Shown here: positions 27,020-35,576 of the stretch, piece after piece
How positions within the stretch are numbered: position 1 is the stretch's first letter
How the letters are laid out: each line of letters opens with the position of its first letter
Assembly (NCBI GenBank): GCA_038040505.1
Contig: JBBPID010000014.1
Coordinates: 8,588-72,587, forward strand
Length of the DNA: 64,000 nt
Direction of reading: 5' to 3'
Source: Acidobacteriota bacterium
GTDB taxonomy: Bacteria; Acidobacteriota; Blastocatellia; Pyrinomonadales; Pyrinomonadaceae
Notes under the pieces: generated by a model
The model's database searches: none
What the model saw: the letters and a program-made list of their open reading frames with translations, nothing else
What the model was told of the DNA's origin: nothing
Translations under genes and position numbers: made by a program

Positions 27020-28306
27020 TTAATTCATCACACTCTCGTAAGCTTCCAACGCGCGATCGGCCATGTGGGCGGCGCTGTAATGTTCACGCACGCCGCGCGC
27101 TCCGGCGCGCCCTAACGCTTCCGCCAGAGATCTGTCTTGAAAGATTTGTAGCAGACCCTGGGCCAGGCTCTCAGCGTCATCCGGTTCGACCAGGAGGCCG
27201 CCGGAAGTCTTTTCCACAATTTCGGTAAACGCTCCGCGCCGCGGTTGGACCACCGGTACTCCGCAAGCCATCGCCTCCAGCAGAGACACTCCCTTGGGCT
27301 CGTCATAGGTGGCGGGCACTGAGAACACGTCCACGCCTCTCAGAAACTTTATCTTCTCAACTCGATCTAAAACTCCTCGGTAGGTGAACTCGGCGCCGAG
27401 CCCCGCATCGTCTAAACGCTTCTTGATTTCGCCGAGATAAGACTTACAGTCAGCGGCCATGTAACCCGCGACTTCCAGACGCGCGTCAGTCACGCCCAGA
27501 TCTTTGCGCAAAATACGGTAGGCTTCAGCCAACAAATCAAGTCCTTTTTCCGGAGCGATGCGGGCGAGATAACCCACCACAAAAGGCTTGCTGCCGTTTG
27601 GTTCTTTCTCGTCAAAGCCGGCGACGTTTATTCCCAAAGGCACTACGCTGATTTTGTCACGGGGAATCCCCAGATAGCCCGGCGTGAATTCTGCGTAGAA
27701 TTCGCTGACCGGCAGAAAGGCGTCGACGTGCTGAATGTGACTCCGAATCAGGTCCAGAGCCTGGGTCCGGTAAGGTTGCTGAAGGCCATCAAGGAAGAGG
27801 TCTTCTCCCTGCAGCGTACAGCAAATGGGACGATTCAATTCGCGTTTGAGCGGACCGGCCAGTCCCAGTAATAGCGAATACGGCAGGCTGATTACGTCCG
27901 GAAGCGGTTGGCTCTTCAGCCATTCGATGAGCTTGTGTATTTCTTTGCGTTGGAATCCGTCCTCACCCTTGAGCACTGAGACAGTCATCTCGCCCAGCAT
28001 CTTCGGGTTAGTCGAAATCGAACCGCGCGAGGCGAAGCTGAGGACCGCTTTGGAGTCCCAGAGGCGATCCAACCAGGCCGGCGTCCTGCGAAAAAAGGGA
28101 ACGTATTGCTGAAGGTAGGCGCTGATGCCGCCAAGCACGACGTGGTTCTGACTTACGTTCGGTTCGTCTGTATGCGTAGGGGTGTAGACCGGCAGGAGCA
28201 ACACTTCGTGTCCGCGCGCAATCAGCTCGGTGGCCAAAGCGTTGTCACGGAGACAACTGCCACAATACATCCTTCCGGCGCCGCCGGTGAGATAAAGGAT
28301 TCTCAC
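27020..28306 (-). CDS. Glycosyltransferase, GT4-type (GT-B fold)
   Basis: 428 aa. N-terminus MRILYLTGGAGRMYCGSC. The C-terminal donor-binding region VFSVPATYDEPKGVSLLEAMACGVPVV is typical of GT4/GT1 enzymes. It begins 9 nt after the upstream stop. Confidence 0.85.
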   Translation of the reverse strand: MRILYLTGGAGRMYCGSCLRDNALATELIARGHEVLLLPVYTPTHTDEPNVSQNHVVLGGISAYLQQYVPFFRRTPAWLDRLWDSKAVLSFASRGSISTNPKMLGEMTVSVLKGEDGFQRKEIHKLIEWLKSQPLPDVISLPYSLLLGLAGPLKRELNRPICCTLQGEDLFLDGLQQPYRTQALDLIRSHIQHVDAFLPVSEFYAEFTPGYLGIPRDKISVVPLGINVAGFDEKEPNGSKPFVVGYLARIAPEKGLDLLAEAYRILRKDLGVTDARLEVAGYMAADCKSYLGEIKKRLDDAGLGAEFTYRGVLDRVEKIKFLRGVDVFSVPATYDEPKGVSLLEAMACGVPVVQPRRGAFTEIVEKTSGGLLVEPDDAESLAQGLLQIFQDRSLAEALGRAGARGVREHYSAAHMADRALEAYESVMN

Positions 28307-28315
28307 AGAATGACC

Positions 28316-29740
28316 TCAGAGCGAAGCGGCGCGCTGAAAAGCCCGGCGGGCGTACAAGTGTTCAAAGAGATTGCCTTCATGCGGTTGATCCCAGCTTACC
28401 TGGTTCGTCGGCACGGCCCCGATGTTAAGACGATCGACGTGTGGCGATACGATCAGTTTCTGAATTAGTTTCGGATCGTTGGTAATGGCCGTCACCACCA
28501 GGCTTGGTCCCAGCTTTTCGGGGATCTCATCCTGATCGACTTTCACCACGCTGGCGAAAGGGAAGAGAAACTCGCGATTGGCCAGCGGATGCGACGGCTG
28601 ATCGCACCGAATTATCGTCGGGAGCAGATAGGAGCAATTTTCCCAATTGACGAGTCGCTCGGGCCGGGCTGAGGCGCTGACGTCCGTTGCGCCGGTTTCG
28701 TTCAAGCCCTGATCGATCATTGCTGAGATGCGGGCGGCCACGCCGGCGTCTGCAAACGGAGCCAGTCCCGCCGCTTCGTCTTCAGCATCTCGGGGGACGA
28801 TTTGGGCCAGCCGTTCCGCCAGCGCGTGGCTTATCTCCTCAGCATGGCGGGGCACCCAGACTCCCGACGCGTTGATGCAGGAGCGGCCGCCGTTCTCGGC
28901 GATCGACGCCACCATTACATCCAGATATTGCTCCCAGTTGTCGACGCAGTCTTCGCCGAGGATGACCTTGCTGTAACCGGGCCCATGAACTTCGATACGC
29001 GCATCGTTCGACCACCCGCCCGTGGTGGAAGCGTCGCCGAAAATGATTCCGCGTCCGCAGGTGCGCAGAACTTCTCCTGCTCCCGCATGGTCAGCGGGGT
29101 AAAAACTAAAGGCCTCAGGAGGCGCTCCCGCTTTAATCAAAGCCTGGATGATTCGGTAGGGTGTCCACGGTTCAGCGCTGCCCGGCTTGAGCACGAGGGG
29201 AATCTTGAGCGGAAATGCCGGAATCCAGAGTGAGTGGACACCCGGCGAGTTGTTCGGCAATACGACGCCAAGCGATTGTCCGCGGGGAAAGAAACTCAGG
29301 GCATGGCCTTCGAAGTCACCGAACCCACTGTCGAGAATCTTCCAATCAAGATTTCTGGTAAGACCGTCCAGGACGTTGGCCATCTCTGCCAGCATCATCC
29401 GGATTTTTTGCATGTTCCGGCGCACCAGAACATAAGGCAAGCCGGTGGTCGCGGACACCTGCTGAACATAATCTTCAGGCGTTTGCGTTTCGTCACCCAG
29501 CACCAGCGACCCATTCAGAAAATGATCCGCTGCCTGGCTGCACATCTCGACCAGGTCAGCAGTGGAGAATTTGTTCAGCAGCGCGTGGCTTGATCCCTGG
29601 TCGCGCAAGTCGCGACGGATTAGTCCGACGTTGGCCTGGCTGATCTCGACGAACGGTTCACGGGTGCGATGATGCGCCACCCGGGCGACGTCAAGACTCT
29701 GGTAGGGTTGGCCCCTGCGAAGTATGGGGATATGGAGCAT
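28316..29740 (-). CDS. Aldehyde dehydrogenase superfamily protein, LuxC-like acyl-CoA reductase candidate
   Basis: 474 aa. The putative catalytic Cys lies in ENGGRSCINASG, with R-x-C-x-x-A spacing. Other segments, GVVLPNNSPG...VLKPGSAEP and IEVHGPGYSKVILGEDCVD, align by eye with LuxC as I recall it. Confidence 0.75.
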   Translation of the reverse strand: MLHIPILRRGQPYQSLDVARVAHHRTREPFVEISQANVGLIRRDLRDQGSSHALLNKFSTADLVEMCSQAADHFLNGSLVLGDETQTPEDYVQQVSATTGLPYVLVRRNMQKIRMMLAEMANVLDGLTRNLDWKILDSGFGDFEGHALSFFPRGQSLGVVLPNNSPGVHSLWIPAFPLKIPLVLKPGSAEPWTPYRIIQALIKAGAPPEAFSFYPADHAGAGEVLRTCGRGIIFGDASTTGGWSNDARIEVHGPGYSKVILGEDCVDNWEQYLDVMVASIAENGGRSCINASGVWVPRHAEEISHALAERLAQIVPRDAEDEAAGLAPFADAGVAARISAMIDQGLNETGATDVSASARPERLVNWENCSYLLPTIIRCDQPSHPLANREFLFPFASVVKVDQDEIPEKLGPSLVVTAITNDPKLIQKLIVSPHVDRLNIGAVPTNQVSWDQPHEGNLFEHLYARRAFQRAASL

Positions 29741-29746
29741 AGGCTA

Positions 29747-29840
29747 GAATTGCGAATTGCGAATTTTGAATTGCGGATTTCCGAAAACCAACTCTGATAG
29801 TTTTTTCAATTCGCAATTCGAAATTCGAATTTCGAAATCC
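29747..29840. repeat. Heptamer array (GAATTGC)n followed by its complementary array (GCAATTC/GAAATTC)n
   Basis: gaattgc gaattgc gaatttt gaattgc ggatttcc ... tcaattc gcaattc gaaattc gaatttc gaaatcc. It fills the whole 104-nt gap between two co-directional genes. Confidence 0.9.
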
Positions 29841-29844
29841 CACA

Positions 29845-30933
29845 TCAGTACACTCCTTCGACCACAGTCGTGTTCAATTTTGAAAATGGCCTGACGTTGC
29901 GCACGCCGTCCCACGGATAAGGGTCGCAAGGCGGTTCGCGTTCCGCCTGATCGCGCTCCAGAAAGCGCGGCATAAAGAATTCTTTCGTCAAAGTCGTCAG
30001 ACGCACGCGGCCCGTGTCGCCATATCCCACCAGTGTTTCAGGATTGTCCGGGTCAACCACCTCAATCATTGCGCGCGGCAACGGCGGGTAATAGATGATT
30101 GCAAAGTTGTCTTCCGGCCGGCGCGGTTTGTGCACGGCCAGACCCATCAGCGTGTTGCCATAGGTCGCAGCGAAATAAGCTCCTTCCAACAGCTCTTCAA
30201 CCGCGAAGCGATGAAACTGCGGAGTCATCTCAGTCCCACCACAGAAGACGCCGGTGATACCCAGCTTCTTGAGCGAAACCTTTTCGCAGAGCGCCTCCAA
30301 AAGTTTTGGCGTCGTAAAAATGCAGCGAATGTTTTCGTGCGCGCGCAGTTGGGTGAGTCCCTGTTCGATGACGTGCTGCTTGTACTCTTCGGCCATTTTG
30401 GGCTGACCTTGTTTGATGAGTTTGATGACCCAACGCGGATCGAGATCCACCATAAAGCACATGCCGCCACGGAACTGGGCCAGGTGCTCCACCGCCAGGC
30501 GCAAACGACGCGGGCCGGTTGGCCCGAGGGACAACCAATCACCGCCTGGGGGAAAGAATTCGTCGGGCAGCGTGGCGCTGAAGGCTTCATAGTCCAGCCG
30601 GAAATCCTCGATGTTGATCCGAGATTTCGGCACGCCGGTGCTGCCACCGGTTTCAAAAGTGTAGACGGGCCGGCCGGCGTATCCACGCGGCACCCAACGG
30701 CGGACCGGGCCGCCGCGCAGCCACTCGTCTTCAAAAAAACCGAAGCGCGAGAGATCGTCGTAACTCTGAATTTCCTGCCGCGGATCCCAGGAAAGATTCT
30801 GCGCGTAATCCAACCAGAACGGGCAGCCGGTCGCGGGATCGAAATGCCATTGAATGACTTCGCGAACCCAGGCGTCCAACACTCCTCGCGATTGCGCGAT
30901 GTCGGTCTGAAGTTTAGTTTCGGGTGAAGCCAT
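29845..30933 (-). CDS. Adenylate-forming enzyme, PaaK/LuxE-like, lacking a C-terminal lid domain
   Basis: 362 aa. Motifs: FETGGSTGVPKS (phosphate-binding loop), VFCGGTEM, and GRVRLTTLTKEFFMPRFLERD, which resembles the PaaK motif GELVxTxLTKExxPxxRYRTxD. The protein ends about 40 aa after this motif. Confidence 0.75.
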   Translation of the reverse strand: MASPETKLQTDIAQSRGVLDAWVREVIQWHFDPATGCPFWLDYAQNLSWDPRQEIQSYDDLSRFGFFEDEWLRGGPVRRWVPRGYAGRPVYTFETGGSTGVPKSRINIEDFRLDYEAFSATLPDEFFPPGGDWLSLGPTGPRRLRLAVEHLAQFRGGMCFMVDLDPRWVIKLIKQGQPKMAEEYKQHVIEQGLTQLRAHENIRCIFTTPKLLEALCEKVSLKKLGITGVFCGGTEMTPQFHRFAVEELLEGAYFAATYGNTLMGLAVHKPRRPEDNFAIIYYPPLPRAMIEVVDPDNPETLVGYGDTGRVRLTTLTKEFFMPRFLERDQAEREPPCDPYPWDGVRNVRPFSKLNTTVVEGVY

Positions 30934-31023
30934 AATGTCGATTAGCGTCTCTTATCAGCCTAAAATACCAGACGAAGTTTTCAAAAGATAACCGCGAAGC
31001 GGGGTAATGTCTTGATTTGATAG

Positions 31024-31112
31024 CGGTGTTTTAGAGTACCGACTTTAGTCGGGCTTTGTGCTCACGGAGAAAAGAACCCAACTAAAGTTGGTACTCTGTA
31101 CGCCCGTGAAAT
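31024..31112. repeat. Family B copy 2 (inverted relative to copy 1)
   Basis: cggtgttttagagtaccgactttagtcgggctttgtgctcacggagaaaagaacccaactaaagttggtactctgtacgcccgtgaaat. Confidence 0.85.
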
Positions 31113-31135
31113 CTCTATGCTGTCCACCGACCGCT

Positions 31136-31543
31136 CTAAACAGAAAATACCGTCTCACTCTCAAGCGCGGCCCTCAGTGACGCTGGAATCTCAGCCGGCT
31201 TGCCATTCTGCACCACCACGATCGTCATGGTGCCTTCGATGGCCAGCTCTCCGTCGCCTTTAACGACCTGATAGTCGTAACGAATTGACGTGCGTCCGAG
31301 TTTCCCCACCGCCAGCCGCAGCCGGAACGGATCGTCCAGCGCCAGCACGCGCAGGAACTTGCATTCCAAATGCACGCGCGGGAAATCGTAACCCATGCTG
31401 CGATTCATCGGCCACTTAATGGCGCGCACAAGTTCGCTCTCAGCCTCTTCGACGATTTCGAAAATACGGGGAAAGTGTAAACGTCCGGCAGCGTCGGCAT
31501 CAGCCCAGCGCAGCCGCCGCTGTAGTTCGATGGAAGCAGGCAT
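31136..31543 (-). CDS. Acyl-CoA thioesterase, hotdog fold (4HBT/YbgC-like)
   Basis: 135 aa. The N-terminal signature LRWADADAAGRLHFPRIFEIVEEAESE is typical of YbgC/4HBT thioesterases. Confidence 0.8.
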   Translation of the reverse strand: MPASIELQRRLRWADADAAGRLHFPRIFEIVEEAESELVRAIKWPMNRSMGYDFPRVHLECKFLRVLALDDPFRLRLAVGKLGRTSIRYDYQVVKGDGELAIEGTMTIVVVQNGKPAEIPASLRAALESETVFSV

Positions 31544-31696
31544 GAAAGTTTATGAACCTTTTCTAATCCGGTATTAGTTAGAGCGCATCGTCCGTATCGG
31601 CCGAGCTTAGTGGTTGGAGTTAGAGACGTCAAATACCACGTTTGAGGCCGCGGGATTACTTGGTAGAGTTACCTGGCAATTGAAATACTACGGAAG

Positions 31697-32632
31697 ATGA
31701 CTGTCGAACTTTACGATTGTATTGTCATTGGCGCCGGACCCGCCGGCCTCTCGGCCTCGCTTTTTCTCGCACGTTATCGCCATCGCACTCTGACTTTTCA
31801 TCACAACAGTCCGCGCAACGAATACGCTCATGGCATTCACGGTTTTCTCGGACATCACGGAATTTCGCCGGCAGAGCTTTTGGCGCGCGGACGCGACGAA
31901 GTCACTCAGCACGGCGGGCTGATCATGGAAGCCTGCGTGACCAGCGTCGAGCAAGTTTCCAGAGATCGTTTTCGCGTCCTGGTCGACGACGAACATTCCG
32001 GTGAACGAACCTTCGAAGGATCTCGCTTACTGCTGGCAACCGGGTTACGCGACCTGACGCCGAACTGCCCGGGATTTCGCGAATTCTACGGCGTCAGCGT
32101 TCACCATTGTCCCGATTGCGATGGTTACGAATGCCGGGACAAATCTGTGGCTGTGTTGGGGGGCGGCCGCAAGACCGTAGGCTTTGCCCTGGGTCTGTTG
32201 ACGTGGACAGACAAGGTAACTCTGCTCACCGACGGTGATGCCGGCGATATCGGTGACGATGAGCGCGCAAAACTAGCGAGTTTCAGTATTCAAATCCGGG
32301 AGGAGAAAGTTATCGCCCTGGAAGGTGATGAAGAATCGAAACAACTGCAACGAGTTTGCTTCGCCGAAGGAGCAGCCCTCGAGTGCGAAGGACTCTTTTT
32401 CAATCTGGGTATCGAACCCGCGAGTAATCTACACGAGGCGCTGGGCTGCAAGCTGGATGCGGAGAGCGGCCTGGTCTGGGTGGATCCTGATCAGCAAACC
32501 AGCGTCGAGGGTGTATATGCCGCAGGCGACGTCACGCCAAATTCTCAACTGGCCATTGTCGCCGCTGCCGAAGGCGCCATGGCGGCGATTCACATTCACC
32601 AGTCGCTTATTCCCGTTGAGCGTAAGATTTGA
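31697..32632 (+). CDS. Thioredoxin-reductase-like NAD(P)/FAD-dependent oxidoreductase
   Basis: 311 aa. Motifs: YDCIVIGAGPAGLSASL, redox CxxC in VHHCPDCDGYE, AVLGGGRKTVG and YAAGDV. Confidence 0.85.
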   Translation: MTVELYDCIVIGAGPAGLSASLFLARYRHRTLTFHHNSPRNEYAHGIHGFLGHHGISPAELLARGRDEVTQHGGLIMEACVTSVEQVSRDRFRVLVDDEHSGERTFEGSRLLLATGLRDLTPNCPGFREFYGVSVHHCPDCDGYECRDKSVAVLGGGRKTVGFALGLLTWTDKVTLLTDGDAGDIGDDERAKLASFSIQIREEKVIALEGDEESKQLQRVCFAEGAALECEGLFFNLGIEPASNLHEALGCKLDAESGLVWVDPDQQTSVEGVYAAGDVTPNSQLAIVAAAEGAMAAIHIHQSLIPVERKI

Positions 32633-32679
32633 TCGAGAAGAGTGTGAATTGATTAAGCTGACCGAAGTAGTAATGTTCT

Positions 32680-32862
32680 AGTCGGCACAAACAGGCCCGA
32701 AGGGCCGACATTCAATAGCCGCGACCGTTTCGCGGTTCGCGTGTTGATACGAAAGCGAGGCCCGAAGGGCCGACATGAGTTGCTAGTCATGCCGGTCCGT
32801 CGGACCTCCAATGCATTTACACTTCCCTGACCACGACCTTACGGTCGTGGCTATTTCCTGAC
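32680..32862. repeat. Cluster of short GC hairpins, family F
   Basis: aggcccgaagggccgaca occurs twice (32693-32710 and 32758-32775). Also present are aatagccgcgaccgtttcgcggt and its inverted relative ccacgaccttacggtcgtggctatt. Confidence 0.75.
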
Positions 32863-32882
32863 AGCCCTTCGCGCTTCCTCGC

Positions 32883-33086
32883 CTAACGTTTCGAATTGAG
32901 GAGGTCGGTCTCTTTGCGTTTTTCCCACTCGGCCTTCGCCTCTGGGCTAAGGTCGCCTGGCAGACAATCGGGCGCAATACCCTGGTCAGCGCAGAATTGC
33001 CGCCATAAATTGAAGCGGGGATCGAACTTGCCCGTTTCCTCAGATACCTTATTCGACAAAGACCCTTCTTCGGGTAACTCGGCCAT
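32883..33086 (-). CDS. Small hypothetical protein (67 aa)
   Basis: ORF only: MAELPEEGSLSNKVSEETGKFDPRFNLWRQFCADQG... with a weak RBS and no recognisable motif. Confidence 0.3.
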   Translation of the reverse strand: MAELPEEGSLSNKVSEETGKFDPRFNLWRQFCADQGIAPDCLPGDLSPEAKAEWEKRKETDLLNSKR

Positions 33087-33217
33087 CTCTTCTTAGCCTC
33101 AAAGCCTTTTGTTAAGGCAAGAGCGGCGGCCTGGCCGCCGCCCCGCCTGGGCTTCTCCGGTCGAGTTTTGGTCGACCGAACTATTAATCGCCAAAGCGAT
33201 TTTTCTTTCTGAACAGG

Positions 33218-33424
33218 CTAGGGCCTATTCGCGTTAGCGTTAGCGTTAATCGGACGAACACCAGCCGTGTTCTGATTTCCGTTATCGTTGGTGACGACGC
33301 CCACATTTGCCGGCGCATTGTTCGCGTTCAGGTTTCTGTTGGCGTTCGTCTCGACGGCGTTACTGCAGGCCTGGACCAAGCCGGCAATCGCCAGACAGCC
33401 CAGGAATATTAGAGTTCGTTTCAT
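33218..33424 (-). CDS. Small Asn-rich putative lipoprotein
   Basis: Start moved to the internal ATG at 33424: MKRTLIFLGCLAIAGLVQAC (lipobox-like), then an N/A-rich tail ending NANANANRP. It lies 23 nt downstream of the preceding gene. Confidence 0.5.
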   Translation of the reverse strand: MKRTLIFLGCLAIAGLVQACSNAVETNANRNLNANNAPANVGVVTNDNGNQNTAGVRPINANANANRP

Positions 33425-33447
33425 GTTTGTTTCCTTGTCTGCCGGCG

Positions 33448-33984
33448 TTAGCTGCGAACTTCTTCGCCGCGGTTCTTCTTCCACTCCTGCGCAAAGTACT
33501 CGGCATCTTCCGAGTTGCGCGGTGTCACGCCCATTACGATGCCGCCCTTCTTGAGGCCTTCCTCGTAATCCTTGACGCGTTCTTCAGGAATTCCGGCGCC
33601 GACGAGAAGACCGATCAGGCCACCTGTTGCGCCGCCCGCGCCTGCTCCTGCCAATGCCGCTGCGATTGGGCCGGCGACGAGCAGTCCGAGGCCCGGTAAT
33701 GCCAAAGTCGTTCCGACTGCGGCGATCGCTGCGAGGGTCGCACCCACCGTGCCGCCGATAGCCGCGCCGGTGCCGGCACCCTTCAAAGCCTTATTCCCGA
33801 GTTCTGTTTCGCGTTTGTCCACCACAAAATGCTTATTGCGGGTTTCATCCGACATCACCAGATTTACGTCGTCCTGACCATAACCACGTTGCTCCAGCGA
33901 CCCGTAAGCGCGCTCGGCGCTCTCTCGATCGTTAAAAAGGCCGGTAACCATACCTGACCGCTTCGTTCCTGTTGTTTCTGCCAT
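33448..33984 (-). CDS. General-stress-type protein with Gly/Ala-zipper membrane segment
   Basis: 178 aa. N-terminus GLFNDRESAERAYGSLEQRGYGQDDVNLVMSDE. Central GAGTGAAIGGTVGATLAAIAAVG...GLIGLLVGAG. CAGGAGAAC RBS. Confidence 0.6.
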   Translation of the reverse strand: MAETTGTKRSGMVTGLFNDRESAERAYGSLEQRGYGQDDVNLVMSDETRNKHFVVDKRETELGNKALKGAGTGAAIGGTVGATLAAIAAVGTTLALPGLGLLVAGPIAAALAGAGAGGATGGLIGLLVGAGIPEERVKDYEEGLKKGGIVMGVTPRNSEDAEYFAQEWKKNRGEEVRS

Positions 33985-34430
33985 ATATGTTCTCCTGTGT
34001 TCTGATTAAGTTGTGAAAATTGCAGACCGAGATATATCGGTCGCATCGGTTCCCTGGTTCGACTGGCTCTCCCGTTATTAACTCGTGCACTGAGTTGTGC
34101 ATGCGATTCAATCCTTGGGCAGTGCCGTTGACCGTGTGTGCAACGGCCGTGCCGCTTATTGATCTGCATTCCAATCAACTACTCATTCTTGAGTTTTCTT
34201 GCGGGTCCTCTGCGATTAGTTCTCAAGTGTTCAAAGGGCGCGAATGACTCCCGCGCAGGTGCTGGACGATCTCGAATGACTTCTTCAATCGACAGAAACT
34301 GATTGCCGGAGTTTTCGAAATCGTTCCCTTTTGAAGTTACATCAGCGATTGCTGACTAGAATTAGTACATCGGAAGGCCGCTGAGTTTTAGTCTTAGCGG
34401 AAACTCAACGAATGGTGTTTCTAGAGAAGA

Positions 34431-35444
34431 TTAGTTTCGGGGGGCGGCGGGGCGGCTCGATTGAGAGCTCAAGTCAGTTGGCGCTTTATGCTTGCGCCGG
34501 AATTGCGCCGGCGGAGATTCGAACGCCCGCTTGAACGCGCGGTCGAATGATACTTCTGAGCCATAACCGACCGCTGCGGCGACTTCGGCGACGCTGTTCT
34601 CTGTCGACTGAAGCATTTCCGCTCCCAGCTTCAAACGCCATTGGGCGAGGTAAGCCATCGGGGACTCGCCCAGAAAATGGCGGAATCGCTCGGCGAGCCG
34701 GGTGCGTGACAGACCAACCCGTCGCGCCAGATTTGAGACGGTCCAGGGATCGGCCGGCTCTTTGTGAAGCAGCGCCAGGGCCTGACTGACGACTGGATCG
34801 CGAGCGCCGGCGAGCCAGCCAACCTGATCCGAAGGTAACGCGTTGATGTATCGCCGCAGGGTCTCGACGAAAAGGAGCTCAGACAACTTGGTGAACACCA
34901 ACCCGCTGCCGGCATCGGCCCCGCTGTCTTCGCCGGCCGAGAATCGAATTGAGTTGGCGAGCCATTCGCCTGACGGCCCATCAGCGACATGCACTCTGAG
35001 GATTTTAGGCAAGCCCGCCAGAAAGATTTCACTCAGTCGCGCCTCACAGGCCATGAAGCCACATACAAACCTGGTGATCTCGCCGCCGCCGCCAAAGCGG
35101 GAGACCTTAAATCCTTTGGTTAGATTTTTGGCAAATGTCTGGAACGAGTCGACTGGTTTTGCCGGTTCGCCATTGCCGAGAAAATGATCGTCTCCATGCG
35201 GGAAGATTATGATGTCGCCGGCGGTTAATTGCTGCCGCTGTCCGTCCGGGAGCCGGGCGTATGCCTGACCTTCGATTAGGTAATGGTAGAGGATGACGTG
35301 TCCCGCTTTGGCAGAGAGATACTTGGCCGCGTCATTTGATCGGGCTGTCCAAATACACCAGGGAGCGGAAAACTCGCCGTTAAAGAAGAGTGCGCCCTCA
35401 AGCTTAAAGGCGCTCAAAACCTCAGAGAGCACATCCATTTTCAT
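34431..35444 (-). CDS. AraC-family transcriptional regulator (cupin-like N-terminus plus HTH)
   Basis: 337 aa. The C-terminal double HTH is VSNLARRVGLSRTRLAERFRHFLGESPMAYLAQWRLKLGAEML...VAEVAAAVGYGSEVSFDRAFKRAF. Confidence 0.88.
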   Translation of the reverse strand: MKMDVLSEVLSAFKLEGALFFNGEFSAPWCIWTARSNDAAKYLSAKAGHVILYHYLIEGQAYARLPDGQRQQLTAGDIIIFPHGDDHFLGNGEPAKPVDSFQTFAKNLTKGFKVSRFGGGGEITRFVCGFMACEARLSEIFLAGLPKILRVHVADGPSGEWLANSIRFSAGEDSGADAGSGLVFTKLSELLFVETLRRYINALPSDQVGWLAGARDPVVSQALALLHKEPADPWTVSNLARRVGLSRTRLAERFRHFLGESPMAYLAQWRLKLGAEMLQSTENSVAEVAAAVGYGSEVSFDRAFKRAFESPPAQFRRKHKAPTDLSSQSSRPAAPRN

Positions 35445-35576
35445 ATGGTTTGCCGAACGGGCGTCTCAGTTAAGAATACGGTACGGTCGATTAAGTCTTC
35501 AAGCCCCCTTCGCACGTATGGTATCGGTGGATCCCCAATGAACCATCGTTCGAAACAGTAGAAGGAGCTAAATCAA

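Noticed and set aside
27020-31543. A bioluminescence (lux) operon
   Set aside because: Only LuxC/LuxE-like candidates and a thioesterase are present. No luciferase (luxAB)-like TIM-barrel flavin monooxygenase genes lie nearby.
33225-33245. GCGTTA x3 hexamer repeat as a regulatory or variable tract
   Set aside because: It is in frame within the small lipoprotein ORF (encoding NANANA) and only three units long, so low-complexity coding sequence is the simplest explanation.
34050-34080. tRNA-like T-arm (tggttcgactgg)
   Set aside because: The flanking bases do not form the required 5-bp T-stem, and no acceptor or anticodon arms could be drawn.
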